A DNA stretch of 64,000 bases from a virus: positions 32,001 to 96,000 of the IMG/VR virus record IMGVR_UViG_3300044878_000031. One strand, given 5' to 3'. The notes below the pieces were generated by a model that was given only the letters and a program-made list of their open reading frames with translations, was not told the origin of the DNA and did no database searches. Numbering within the stretch: the stretch's first letter is position 1; each line of letters starts with the position of its first letter. This document shows, piece after piece, positions 44,458 to 54,055 of this stretch. The position numbers were made by a program, and so were the translations under genes.

Positions 44458-45183
44458 TTACCTTCTCAAGAGTCCTTCGATGGGTTCTACGGTATCAGAA
44501 GGGTTAACCAGTGCTGAAGTCAAACCTTCCTCCCAGTACGCACCCACCAGTTTTGCAGTGGTGTTTGAAGCACCGTACGTTACGCTTCGCAGCGGAATAA
44601 AGAACGGAGGGAACGTAGCCAAGTCTTTCTCGGTCTTAACTTTGTGCCGATAGAACTGGGTACGATCATCAGCCAGACGACTGATAGCAGCAACAATCAT
44701 CTCCACGATGGCGTGGTTAGCACCCACCGAAACCCCTGCGTGGTGCCGAGCACTTTCGAAGATCTTGCCCAGTTCTTGGTAACCCATGAACCAAGGCACG
44801 TGTCCCTTACCTAACAGCTCGGAATAGATCCGGTAGATAAAGGTGTCGGTCTTCAGCAGGTTGATGTTGGCAATCACCACACTACCGGGCTCGAATACGA
44901 ACTCGATGTAGTCTTCGTCCTCGATCTTGATGTAGTTGGTGATGGTGGGTTCAATACGCATCATGGCGTTAGCCAACGACACACCGAAGTAAGTGTCGTC
45001 GACTGTGATTGCAAAGATACCGGAGATGCTAGTCTCGGTGCCTAAGAACGCCATCTGTTGTTCAGAAAAACGGGCAGGGATATAAATCTTACACCCCTTA
45101 GTTGTTACCAACGTCCCGTCTTCCATTTCCTTCAGATGCGCATGAACCTTGGAAGCATCACGCTTAAGCTTCTTCGGGTCCAT
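44458..45183 (-). CDS. Conserved core protein (phiKZ gp176-like)
   Basis: 241 aa; position between protease and vRNAP beta. Confidence 0.72.
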   Translation of the reverse strand: MDPKKLKRDASKVHAHLKEMEDGTLVTTKGCKIYIPARFSEQQMAFLGTETSISGIFAITVDDTYFGVSLANAMMRIEPTITNYIKIEDEDYIEFVFEPGSVVIANINLLKTDTFIYRIYSELLGKGHVPWFMGYQELGKIFESARHHAGVSVGANHAIVEMIVAAISRLADDRTQFYRHKVKTEKDLATFPPFFIPLRSVTYGASNTTAKLVGAYWEEGLTSALVNPSDTVEPIEGLLRR

Positions 45184-45193
45184 ACTTTACCTC

Positions 45194-46639
45194 TTAGTTG
45201 GTCGGGCTATCAACGGTGATCAGAGTAGCAACCCAAGTAGGGATGAACTCGATCAGGGCCAGCAGACCTACTTCACGGATTTCCAGCTCTGGGTTCTCCA
45301 GGGCTACAACGTCCATGGTGCTGAGGATGTCGAAGGCGTTGGTGTGCGGGAACATCACGTTGCAGATCACCTTACGCAAGGTGAGATACAGGTTGTCCTC
45401 GTACCAGTTGTTCGGCATCTCTTTCACGTAGGCGTGCAGAGCGCGGATGTAGATCGGACGCTCGGTGACCAACAGGTCATCAGGCAGATCAGCGATCTGT
45501 TTCTCGACAGCACGTACCAGGCCGGTCTGGAAGTGGTTGGCCTTTTGCAGACGCAGGTTGGTAGCCATCACACGTTCTTGCGATTGCCAAACCTTGATGT
45601 ACTGATCCTTACGCTCCAGCAACATATCGAAGCTGTAGTTGCGGTCAGACACGAATGCACCGAACAGCACTTCCGGGGTACCGCCAGCTTCCAGGAACTT
45701 GTGGTAGATGTCGGAGTTCACGCGGATCTGAATCGGAGTGATACCGATGTCGTCTTCGCGGTACTGAGACCAGTCGTTGATCAGAGTCTTGCGCTTGGCA
45801 CTGGACTCACGGCGTTCCAGAGCACGCACGACAGCACGACCGGATTGGGCCATGATCTCAGCGATGTACTCTTTATACGCAGCAGCACCAGCACGTACAC
45901 CTTCAGGAGTCTGCTCGAGCAAACGAGCGGCCATCAGGTGGATCAGCAGGATCTGGTTCGGTTCGACGTACAGGTGGTTCAGGTGAGCCAGCAGAGAAGG
46001 CTGGTAGTCCTCGCCACGGGATACGAAGATCTTGTTGTAGATCGACTGTACGAGATCAGGAGCCTGGTCAGCGATGAAGCTTTCCAGTTCGCTGTTGAAA
46101 CGAGCGATGCCAGTTTCGATCAACGCCATTGGCGAAGCGATACCGTCAGGCATTGGAACGGCGATGCTCAGACGGACGTCCTTAACAGGGGTCTCGTTGA
46201 AGCGCTCAACCATACCGTGCAGGTAGTGGCTGTCCCAGATCGGGTTGAAGGCATCTTCCTTGATCGACAAGGCAGTGTTCTTCAGGGTCATGGCGTCATC
46301 AACGTACTGGTTGACGAACTCCAGAGCCGACTGGACACATGGGTTAACCTGGTTGCGAGCCAAGTCCATGTTCCACGCCACAGTCTTCTTCAGGACTTCG
46401 AGAACTTCGTCCATGACCATGTCGTGTTCGACGATGCCAGCAGCGTTCTTCGAGGAGGCACCAAACATGATGCGCTCTTCCAAGGTCATGTCCAGAGTCC
46501 CACGATCAGGGTTCGGGAGATAACCAGCACGGATCAGCGACGCCAGTGGAGTACCGTCGATGGCACGCAGAGCAATGCCTTTGGAGGCCAGCTTGTCAGC
46601 CAAGCTCGCCGAGGCAGTGAGGGAGTTGTAGTTCAACAT
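45194..46639 (-). CDS. Conserved core protein (phiKZ gp177-like)
   Basis: 481 aa; synteny. Confidence 0.72.
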   Translation of the reverse strand: MLNYNSLTASASLADKLASKGIALRAIDGTPLASLIRAGYLPNPDRGTLDMTLEERIMFGASSKNAAGIVEHDMVMDEVLEVLKKTVAWNMDLARNQVNPCVQSALEFVNQYVDDAMTLKNTALSIKEDAFNPIWDSHYLHGMVERFNETPVKDVRLSIAVPMPDGIASPMALIETGIARFNSELESFIADQAPDLVQSIYNKIFVSRGEDYQPSLLAHLNHLYVEPNQILLIHLMAARLLEQTPEGVRAGAAAYKEYIAEIMAQSGRAVVRALERRESSAKRKTLINDWSQYREDDIGITPIQIRVNSDIYHKFLEAGGTPEVLFGAFVSDRNYSFDMLLERKDQYIKVWQSQERVMATNLRLQKANHFQTGLVRAVEKQIADLPDDLLVTERPIYIRALHAYVKEMPNNWYEDNLYLTLRKVICNVMFPHTNAFDILSTMDVVALENPELEIREVGLLALIEFIPTWVATLITVDSPTN

Positions 46640-46641
46640 GG

Positions 46642-46836
46642 TTACACTACCCCGTGTTCTTTGGTGAGTTGGCGTTGAATGGTAGCTGCAACAGCAGCCT
46701 TCATGGTGGCAGGAGGAATCTTCTTACCGCCGACAGTGTTGGACACAGCCTCACCGGCTACAGCCAGGATCAGGTTAGTCGACAGCTCGATGGCGTTGCC
46801 TAACACGACCAAGTTTTGTTCGTTTGCATTTGACAT
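46642..46836 (-). CDS. Small hypothetical protein
   Basis: 64-aa ORF coupled to the next gene. Confidence 0.65.
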   Translation of the reverse strand: MSNANEQNLVVLGNAIELSTNLILAVAGEAVSNTVGGKKIPPATMKAAVAATIQRQLTKEHGVV

Positions 46837-46887
46837 AACGGAATCCCGTCTTGAGAGTTAACGACGGGGAGCCGAAGCTCCCCTTAT

Positions 46888-49800
46888 TCAACCTTTTCTG
46901 TACGCCTCAACGACCTTCTTGCTCAACACTTTCAACAGCGTGGTTGTAGTGCCGATCAACTCAGGTGACAGTACGATACGGTTCGAGATACTGGTGTAGG
47001 AGAAGAGTGCATCCAGATCCAAACCAGACTCAGTCCGGTTCACACCTGCCATCACTCGCCCAATGATGGTTTTAAGCTGGTTAGCGAATACACCTTTATC
47101 ACCCACCCCGGTACCAACTTTGGTGGTGATGTATACACGGATCAGTAACGAGTCCATGTTGAGTGGATTACCTGCAACACGCAAGGCACCATCCACGCTA
47201 CCAGTCAACTGCTTACGGTTCAAAGCCTTTTGGACTTTAGCCCGCTCACGGTCCCCCAGATCAGCAATGGCTCGAAGACTTGGCGACATGTCTTCTTTAT
47301 CACCATTGTAGAACACCTCGATTCGTTCCACGATCCCGTTGTACTTCGCTTTAGGAGTTGGGCTCCCGAGCAGACGCAGGGTGTCGATCGAATCCTCATC
47401 GAACAAATCGGTGTTAGCCGTTACGGAGTCTTCAATAGTACATAAAATATCCTCACTCTCGACCGATTGCCCCTTGGTAACCAGACCGTGAATCTTCTGG
47501 TCAAACGTCAGGACCAAGTCACGAGGTTCCGTGATCGAGGTAGCCATCAGCTTAGCAACGCGCTCAGAGATAACCGAGGAGTCTTCCAGTGTATCGGAAC
47601 ATTCCACAATAGCCGTACGCACTGTGATACCGGTCTTCATCGAAACCTGGGTAGGGTTCAACGAGCTAGGTTTGAAGTAGTGGGAGTTGTAAGAGATCAC
47701 GTCCCCCGCTTTGAACTTCTGCCCAACCTTCATTCCGGTGATCACTTGGTGTGGGAATGTCTTACCAGCCACCGTACCGAAACGACGACCCAGTTCTACA
47801 CTCCGTTGTGAACCGTCTTTGTACTCGACTGTAATAGCCGTGTCAGAGACAGCTACCACCACACCGTCACCCTTCGCTGTGTAGGCGAAGAGATCATTAA
47901 CCCGGTGAGGGATCACGTCACCATAACCGGTTTGTACTGCTTGTACTTCGTAGCCTTCTGCGAACATCGAGGAGTGATGTTGGATACCGATGAAGTTAAC
48001 CCGTTTCGGGTCATCACGGTCAGCACAAGGAGACACCAACGCAGCGGTCGAGATCAACTTGGTAGGGCCGTCTTCACCTGGAGCGTACCGACGACTCAAA
48101 CCACGCAGGGAGTTGAAGTTCGGGTCAGCAGTCAGGAACGTGGAGATTGCTACGTCACCCGAGTCCACTGTGGATTCAGAGATCACGCCCATGTCGTTAG
48201 GGTGGAACACACGGCTACGTTTTACCATCGAACGACGGGAACGTCCACCGACACCACCAAACGTCACAGCTTCCTGAGTCCGCAGACATTCAATCGGGTT
48301 CGACTCTTCCACCAGACCTTTCGACGGGTCTTCCTGAATAGCTTGCCAGATCGCGTGAGGAGCCATCTCTACTTTGTTGCCAGCACTGCCACGACGAGCA
48401 TTCTGCATCCGAGCAGAACGAACGATCTCAGCATACACCGCACCAGCCACACGTTCGTAACCTTTGATCCGCATGTACTCCATGTCGGTCTCAGAAGGTG
48501 CCCAGTCTGTAATCAACAGTTCAGTTGCCCGAACTAACAGACCTTCCCATTCCGTGGGTTCTTTCATCTCTACGAGCAAGTCGTAAGTGATAGGGTCAAC
48601 GAACAGGTCTCGCAACAGATCGAGTTCACGCAGGTAGCGCACACCAATCTTGTTGGATTCCAGTACACTCAGGTACACGTCCTTGCGATCGAAGTCGTAG
48701 ACGCTGTGGTGCTTGATTACTTTGGCGTAGGTGTTGAAACCTTCCATCAGCAAGGCAACCACTTTGTCGTCACGGTGGAAGATCAACGTCTCGTCGTTAA
48801 AGCGAACAGTGTATTCACCGTCAGCCAACTTCAAACGTTCACCTGCCTGTTGCCGACGGAACACCGAAGGCTTGAGCGACTTGATCACACGTTCCAGACC
48901 GAAGTAGTAACCCAACGCAACACCCAGCGGAATGGCTTTGTTGAAGATCTTGATCTCCGCCATTTCCATTGGAGCGTTAGTCGTGTCCAACTCCAGCAGC
49001 TCTTCCAGCTTACCGAGAGGATCTAACCCACGGGCCTTCTGGACGTACAGGGTATCGAATTGGTCAACCAGCACCAGCTCAGTACCTTTCTTACCAATTA
49101 CCACCAAGCCTTTCTCTTCAGCAGCCTTGACAGCTTTCTCGCCGAACTCTTTCTCCCGGTGGGTGTACTCCAGGAAGAAGTCAATCCCCATCGCTTTGAA
49201 ACGACGGAAACGGTGAGCCAGCACACTGTAGAGCTTAGGCACCGGTAACAGGTGGTCAAACACGTTAGACGGTTTGAGATCAGTTACGCGGTTGTCTTTC
49301 GGGTCCAGACCCATTGCTGTGATACGGTTGCACAGCCAGCCCGGATAGTTGTTTACAGCCCGTTCGCTTCGATCAACGAAGACCTTGCCGTAATAGCTAG
49401 TGAGAGCGACACGCGTCGGAGAAACCTTGCGAATCGGGACGTCACCACGCTGCTTGCGTAGGCTATACCGTACGCCGTTTGCCAGATAAGAACCATCAGC
49501 GTCAACCTTTGGAATTTTGAAACGAATCGTCGAACTGGCCCCGGTGGACGGAGTCAGTTTGATGGTGTGGATTTCGTAGTGGTTAAGAACGTCTTCGACT
49601 TCCTCGACCTCATACGACGTAACCGCAATGCCAGCGTTCTGCAACGCCATCACCGAGTTGACCACGTCCTTAGGCATGATCTCTTCAATGTAACGTTTGT
49701 CGAACTCCAGCAACGAAGACTGCAACATCGACTTGTCGAAGACGAGCTTGTTGTCAGGGATCGTGTTCTTGCTGGTCATCTTCAGCGACTCTGGCGAGAT

Positions 49801-51156
49801 CACCAGATGGTCAGCCAACATACCAGGACCGTACGGGTTCTTGATCTCTTTGTACGAGTTCGCCAACTTCATCAGTCGACGGTATTCGGACGCAGACATC
49901 ATCCCCGACTCAGCCAACTCGTTAGCCTTGTCAACAATCCCCTGATCCAGAGGCTTACGCTCACCACCGACTTTCACCAATGAAGGGACGCTGGTTTCGA
50001 TAGCAGGTTCATCAACCGCATCGTTAACCTGATCGAGAGACTCTAGGTCTTTGTCGATCTCGTCATCCAGTTCACCAGCCTTCCGAGCTTCCTCCAAGTC
50101 TTCCTTGAGGTGACGTTCTTGCTCTTCTTTGAAGTCGATGTCACTGATGTAGTCTTCATCCACCCCAGTCACTTCAGGACCAGATTCATCCAACCGTTTC
50201 TCAACAGTGGTCTGGCCTTTGTCGTTCTCAGGGTCTTCAGGAATCAGACCTTCCTCGTCGTCGTTTGGCTCTGGCTCTTCTTCCATCTCCAAGATCGTGT
50301 GGGATTCTTGCAGAGTGATCAGAGACTTGAGGAAACGCTTTTGCAGCACCAGAGGATCAACACCAGCGGTCTTCTTGCCGTCAGCATCAACAGCGGTACG
50401 CCACGAGTTCAGCAGCCCCAAGTTCACGCAGAACCATTTGTCTTGGCTCTGGAAGATGACGTTGATCTTCTCAAGGTTCTTAGCCTCAACGTGATTCAAC
50501 GGGGACTCAGCACGGTTGTCACCCAACCACTGGAACATGTCCAGAATGTTGAAGGACTCATTACCACGCAGCTTGGACAGACTGGTACGGTCAATACGAC
50601 GTTCCGCTAAACGCAGAGCAGTAAAGGCCGGAAGCATCTCCGGCAGAGTGATCCGTACGAACTGATGACGCTCAGGGTACTCGTTCACCAGATCGTTGAT
50701 ACGCTTCCACATCGTGACCCGGATGTTGATCCAGCGATAGTAGTTAGCGAAGAAGCTGGTGGTGTAACGCTTCACGAATTGCAGAGGTGCGAAGTTCTCA
50801 CACACCCAGATCCGTGGGTTACCGAATGCCGAAGCAGGGTTTAACAGAGGGCGGAACTTCGAGCGTGTTTTACGCTGGTAGTCACGTAGAGGCTTACCCA
50901 CCACGAATGGAGTCTGACGCGGGTTACCGATCTCAGACTTCAGCTCAGTGATGTGCTCAATGTAAACAATCTTCTCAGCACGTTTGACCAGAGGGTCATC
51001 AATGCCGATACCAAAGTTTACGGTGTCTTCGGGAAAGTAGTTGATCACCGCCCCTTGTGGGAGCGCTAACTTACCGATCCCGTACGTGATGGGTGCCGTG
51101 AAGTTTGGTAGGCGACGCACACCAAACGCACGATACCACATGGGGTAAAGAAGCAT
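46888..51156 (-). CDS. Virion RNA polymerase beta-like subunit (phiKZ gp178-like)
   Basis: 1422 aa; SESTVDSGDVA, DDPKRVNF, LEDS and GDKGVFANQLK motifs of RNAP beta. Confidence 0.93.
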   Translation of the reverse strand: MLLYPMWYRAFGVRRLPNFTAPITYGIGKLALPQGAVINYFPEDTVNFGIGIDDPLVKRAEKIVYIEHITELKSEIGNPRQTPFVVGKPLRDYQRKTRSKFRPLLNPASAFGNPRIWVCENFAPLQFVKRYTTSFFANYYRWINIRVTMWKRINDLVNEYPERHQFVRITLPEMLPAFTALRLAERRIDRTSLSKLRGNESFNILDMFQWLGDNRAESPLNHVEAKNLEKINVIFQSQDKWFCVNLGLLNSWRTAVDADGKKTAGVDPLVLQKRFLKSLITLQESHTILEMEEEPEPNDDEEGLIPEDPENDKGQTTVEKRLDESGPEVTGVDEDYISDIDFKEEQERHLKEDLEEARKAGELDDEIDKDLESLDQVNDAVDEPAIETSVPSLVKVGGERKPLDQGIVDKANELAESGMMSASEYRRLMKLANSYKEIKNPYGPGMLADHLVISPESLKMTSKNTIPDNKLVFDKSMLQSSLLEFDKRYIEEIMPKDVVNSVMALQNAGIAVTSYEVEEVEDVLNHYEIHTIKLTPSTGASSTIRFKIPKVDADGSYLANGVRYSLRKQRGDVPIRKVSPTRVALTSYYGKVFVDRSERAVNNYPGWLCNRITAMGLDPKDNRVTDLKPSNVFDHLLPVPKLYSVLAHRFRRFKAMGIDFFLEYTHREKEFGEKAVKAAEEKGLVVIGKKGTELVLVDQFDTLYVQKARGLDPLGKLEELLELDTTNAPMEMAEIKIFNKAIPLGVALGYYFGLERVIKSLKPSVFRRQQAGERLKLADGEYTVRFNDETLIFHRDDKVVALLMEGFNTYAKVIKHHSVYDFDRKDVYLSVLESNKIGVRYLRELDLLRDLFVDPITYDLLVEMKEPTEWEGLLVRATELLITDWAPSETDMEYMRIKGYERVAGAVYAEIVRSARMQNARRGSAGNKVEMAPHAIWQAIQEDPSKGLVEESNPIECLRTQEAVTFGGVGGRSRRSMVKRSRVFHPNDMGVISESTVDSGDVAISTFLTADPNFNSLRGLSRRYAPGEDGPTKLISTAALVSPCADRDDPKRVNFIGIQHHSSMFAEGYEVQAVQTGYGDVIPHRVNDLFAYTAKGDGVVVAVSDTAITVEYKDGSQRSVELGRRFGTVAGKTFPHQVITGMKVGQKFKAGDVISYNSHYFKPSSLNPTQVSMKTGITVRTAIVECSDTLEDSSVISERVAKLMATSITEPRDLVLTFDQKIHGLVTKGQSVESEDILCTIEDSVTANTDLFDEDSIDTLRLLGSPTPKAKYNGIVERIEVFYNGDKEDMSPSLRAIADLGDRERAKVQKALNRKQLTGSVDGALRVAGNPLNMDSLLIRVYITTKVGTGVGDKGVFANQLKTIIGRVMAGVNRTESGLDLDALFSYTSISNRIVLSPELIGTTTTLLKVLSKKVVEAYRKG

Positions 51157-51170
51157 AGGCTACTCCAGTG

Positions 51171-52340
51171 TCAATCTTTGTAAAGGAACAGGGACTCTTC
51201 CACGAGGTCGACAATCGACTTGGCGTAGTAGGTGCACAGAACACACAGCTTCTGCGACGGAGAGATCATGTCATCAGCGGTGAAGTGATAGATGTCGTCC
51301 AACACACCGAGGTAGTAACCCGACAGACCAGCCGCACCAAAGTTGATGGTAGGGCGCAGGTACGACGCTACTTGAGCGTAACCACACGGACCAGCATCAA
51401 TGATGTCAGCTACGTGGTTGAACTCTTTGTCGAGGACTTTGGCGTGGTCTTCCAACTTCAGAGCGATCTCCAGTAGCATCAGCATCTCTTTCGGAGCCAG
51501 TGCACGGAAGTCACGAATCTTCAGTTGGTTTTTGGGAACGTTAGCCCAACGAGCACGACGGTGTTGCTTGCTGGCAAACTTAGCCAACGATTCACGCACC
51601 TTCGGGTTCACAGCTTTAACGTCAACTGGATTCGGATCGAAGAAACGTTCTTCACCCGGCAGGATCTGCTTGAGGTCACGGTCGCTCAAGGAAGCAGTCG
51701 GAGCAGTGAACTTCGAGCAGAACTGTTCGAACTCCATCCGAATGGTGTCTTCCTTCAACGTCCGGTTCATCGCCGCTTCGTTGAGACGTTTGACAATGTC
51801 ACCAATCTCTTTCCGTACAGCCTGACCCTTGACAATGAACTGTCCTTGGTAAGGCTTGAGCAGACCCGAGTAGCCAGAGAACAATGCCGTGATGTTGTAA
51901 TCCAGCTTCCCGTTGATGCACAGACGCTTGAGAGTTTTCTCGTCAGTGATCTTGCCGTTAGGATTACCCTTGATCTGTTCGATCCGAGGCTTGAGCTTGG
52001 ACACCCGAGCTTTGATCTGGGTAGTGTTCTCACCCACAAAGAAACGACTCCGGTTCTGGAAGACCTTCTCGTAGGTTTTGTTCAGAGCACGCTTGACCCG
52101 ATCGAGCATCGAGTTGATCGCTTCCATCGAGATCGTCCCACCGTCTTCCAAAGAAGCAGTAGGCTCACCCAAACGACCATAGAAACCCAACACGTTAGCG
52201 TAGGCCACGAGGTCTACGTTGCGATCGTGTTTCAGATCAGTGCGCATACTTTCCAGAGAAGCCTTAGCTCCCTTCAAGTCACGCACTAACTCACGATAGT
52301 CCTTGGCGGACATCTGGTTAATGTCAAATTGCATGATCAA
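51171..52340 (-). CDS. Internal head protein with cleavable propeptide
   Basis: SLE, SLE and SME within the first ~72 aa, followed by a basic domain. Confidence 0.65.
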   Translation of the reverse strand: MIMQFDINQMSAKDYRELVRDLKGAKASLESMRTDLKHDRNVDLVAYANVLGFYGRLGEPTASLEDGGTISMEAINSMLDRVKRALNKTYEKVFQNRSRFFVGENTTQIKARVSKLKPRIEQIKGNPNGKITDEKTLKRLCINGKLDYNITALFSGYSGLLKPYQGQFIVKGQAVRKEIGDIVKRLNEAAMNRTLKEDTIRMEFEQFCSKFTAPTASLSDRDLKQILPGEERFFDPNPVDVKAVNPKVRESLAKFASKQHRRARWANVPKNQLKIRDFRALAPKEMLMLLEIALKLEDHAKVLDKEFNHVADIIDAGPCGYAQVASYLRPTINFGAAGLSGYYLGVLDDIYHFTADDMISPSQKLCVLCTYYAKSIVDLVEESLFLYKD

Positions 52341-53995
52341 TCTCCGGTCATGTTTCTCAAAACGAGTTGAACAGTTTGAACGTTGCAGCTCGCTTTGAAC
52401 CCACCCCGAGGATCGAGGTAAGCCTCACGGCTATTCAACAGGTTGTCGATTTCATCAATCGACTCTTTGGTATAAAGGATGGTGGACGACGCCGTGTCAC
52501 CGTCGAAGTCGGCATCCAGACCTGCTAGGCGGGACGGGTGAATCACCTGACTGTCTACGAAGGCAAACGGTTCTTTGGTTGGGAACTCCAACGCTAAGTG
52601 GTCTTCACCAATGATGTTCCAGTTGGCATCCAGCTCGTAACGCATTTCACCTACGATACTGGTTTTGGTGTAGATGCTCGACGGGTAGGTCGAACCAATA
52701 CCAATTACCGGGTAACGCGTAACAATGGTCTTCAGGGTGTTCCACTTCTGGTAACCGGACAGGTACAACAACTCAACCAGACTGATTGGCTGTACGTACT
52801 TGCGATCCCACCCTTCAGGCAGTTCAGAGATGTCACCGAAGATCTTGTAGACGCCAGCAATGCTCGCCTTGATCGGTTCAGGGAACGGACCTTTGTAGAT
52901 CAGCCCGAGGTAACGTCCTTCCACCATGATTGGCTTGTGACGGTTCTCAACGATACGATACGACTCGATGACCTTCTCCAAACCTTCCACAGTGATCCAA
53001 CGGTCACGAGTGTCCGCAGGTAGATCCACTACTTCAGAACGCAGAGTCTTCGGGTCCACCAAACGCGAGGTAGTCGAGGAGTCACCCACAGAGAACACAG
53101 TACCCAACCAACCGGTACGCAACAAGTGAATGGTCAGAGGCAGTGCGCCTTTGATCACTTGGAACAGACCGAGGATAGTGTCAGTGTAATCTGGAGAGTT
53201 GATCCCGTCCAAGTCAGCAGTGGAAGTGTCCATTGCCGAAATAACGTTACGAGTACCGTTGAAGATACGACGGCTACCGAACTTCTCTTGGATGAAACCT
53301 TTCTTCCCGGTCACCATCGCAAGGATAGTGTCGTAGACATCGTTAAAGCCCTGTTGGAGGCTCTTGCGACTGTTATCGTACAAAGGGGAGGACTCAGCAC
53401 CGTCAGCGCCTACGATGACCTTAGAGGCACCGAGGATACGACGATAGATGTCGTTGATCTCATCTTGAGTACCACGACCACTGGCATCAATCTGGAAGTC
53501 ACGCAGACCAGCAGGCATCACCAGAATCTTCGAGGTGGTTGCAATCGACTGGTACTTGTTGATCATCCTGATCCGTTCAGTACGAACAGGAGACTTGGAC
53601 TCACGGAACTTGATCTTCTTCCAATGTTTCAGGAAGAAGGCGTAACCAGTTTGACCAGTCAGTTCGTTAGCGAGGATGAAGTCACCCTCTTTGTCATCAA
53701 AGGTAGCGAACGCAGTGCCACCCATGATGTCACGATATAGACCCCGCAGTTGAACCAACGCACGGTAGATGGTGGGATGGAAAACGTTCAGGTGGATGTC
53801 GATGTACGAGAACTTAGTGTCCCGCAATTCGTCACCCACTCGACCGAACGTCAAGATACTAAACAGACCATCCTCGTGGAAGTTGCCAGTCACCCCGTCA
53901 TAAACGTCGGGGGATTTCACTGGTCGCAGGAACTTCAGTTTCTCAGCGGTGAGATTGAGAATGGACACGTTAAAAGGTATTTGGCTATTCTTCAT
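52337..53995 (-). CDS. Virion RNA polymerase beta'-like subunit with catalytic motif (phiKZ gp180-like)
   Basis: GLFS..TFG, GKKGFI, TRYP and DADFDGD. Confidence 0.93.
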   Translation of the reverse strand: MKNSQIPFNVSILNLTAEKLKFLRPVKSPDVYDGVTGNFHEDGLFSILTFGRVGDELRDTKFSYIDIHLNVFHPTIYRALVQLRGLYRDIMGGTAFATFDDKEGDFILANELTGQTGYAFFLKHWKKIKFRESKSPVRTERIRMINKYQSIATTSKILVMPAGLRDFQIDASGRGTQDEINDIYRRILGASKVIVGADGAESSPLYDNSRKSLQQGFNDVYDTILAMVTGKKGFIQEKFGSRRIFNGTRNVISAMDTSTADLDGINSPDYTDTILGLFQVIKGALPLTIHLLRTGWLGTVFSVGDSSTTSRLVDPKTLRSEVVDLPADTRDRWITVEGLEKVIESYRIVENRHKPIMVEGRYLGLIYKGPFPEPIKASIAGVYKIFGDISELPEGWDRKYVQPISLVELLYLSGYQKWNTLKTIVTRYPVIGIGSTYPSSIYTKTSIVGEMRYELDANWNIIGEDHLALEFPTKEPFAFVDSQVIHPSRLAGLDADFDGDTASSTILYTKESIDEIDNLLNSREAYLDPRGGFKASCNVQTVQLVLRNMTGD

Positions 53996-54055
53996 GGCAA
54001 CTCTCAGGAATTTATATGAATACCACTACTACACCCAAGAGCCGGGAGCATTACC

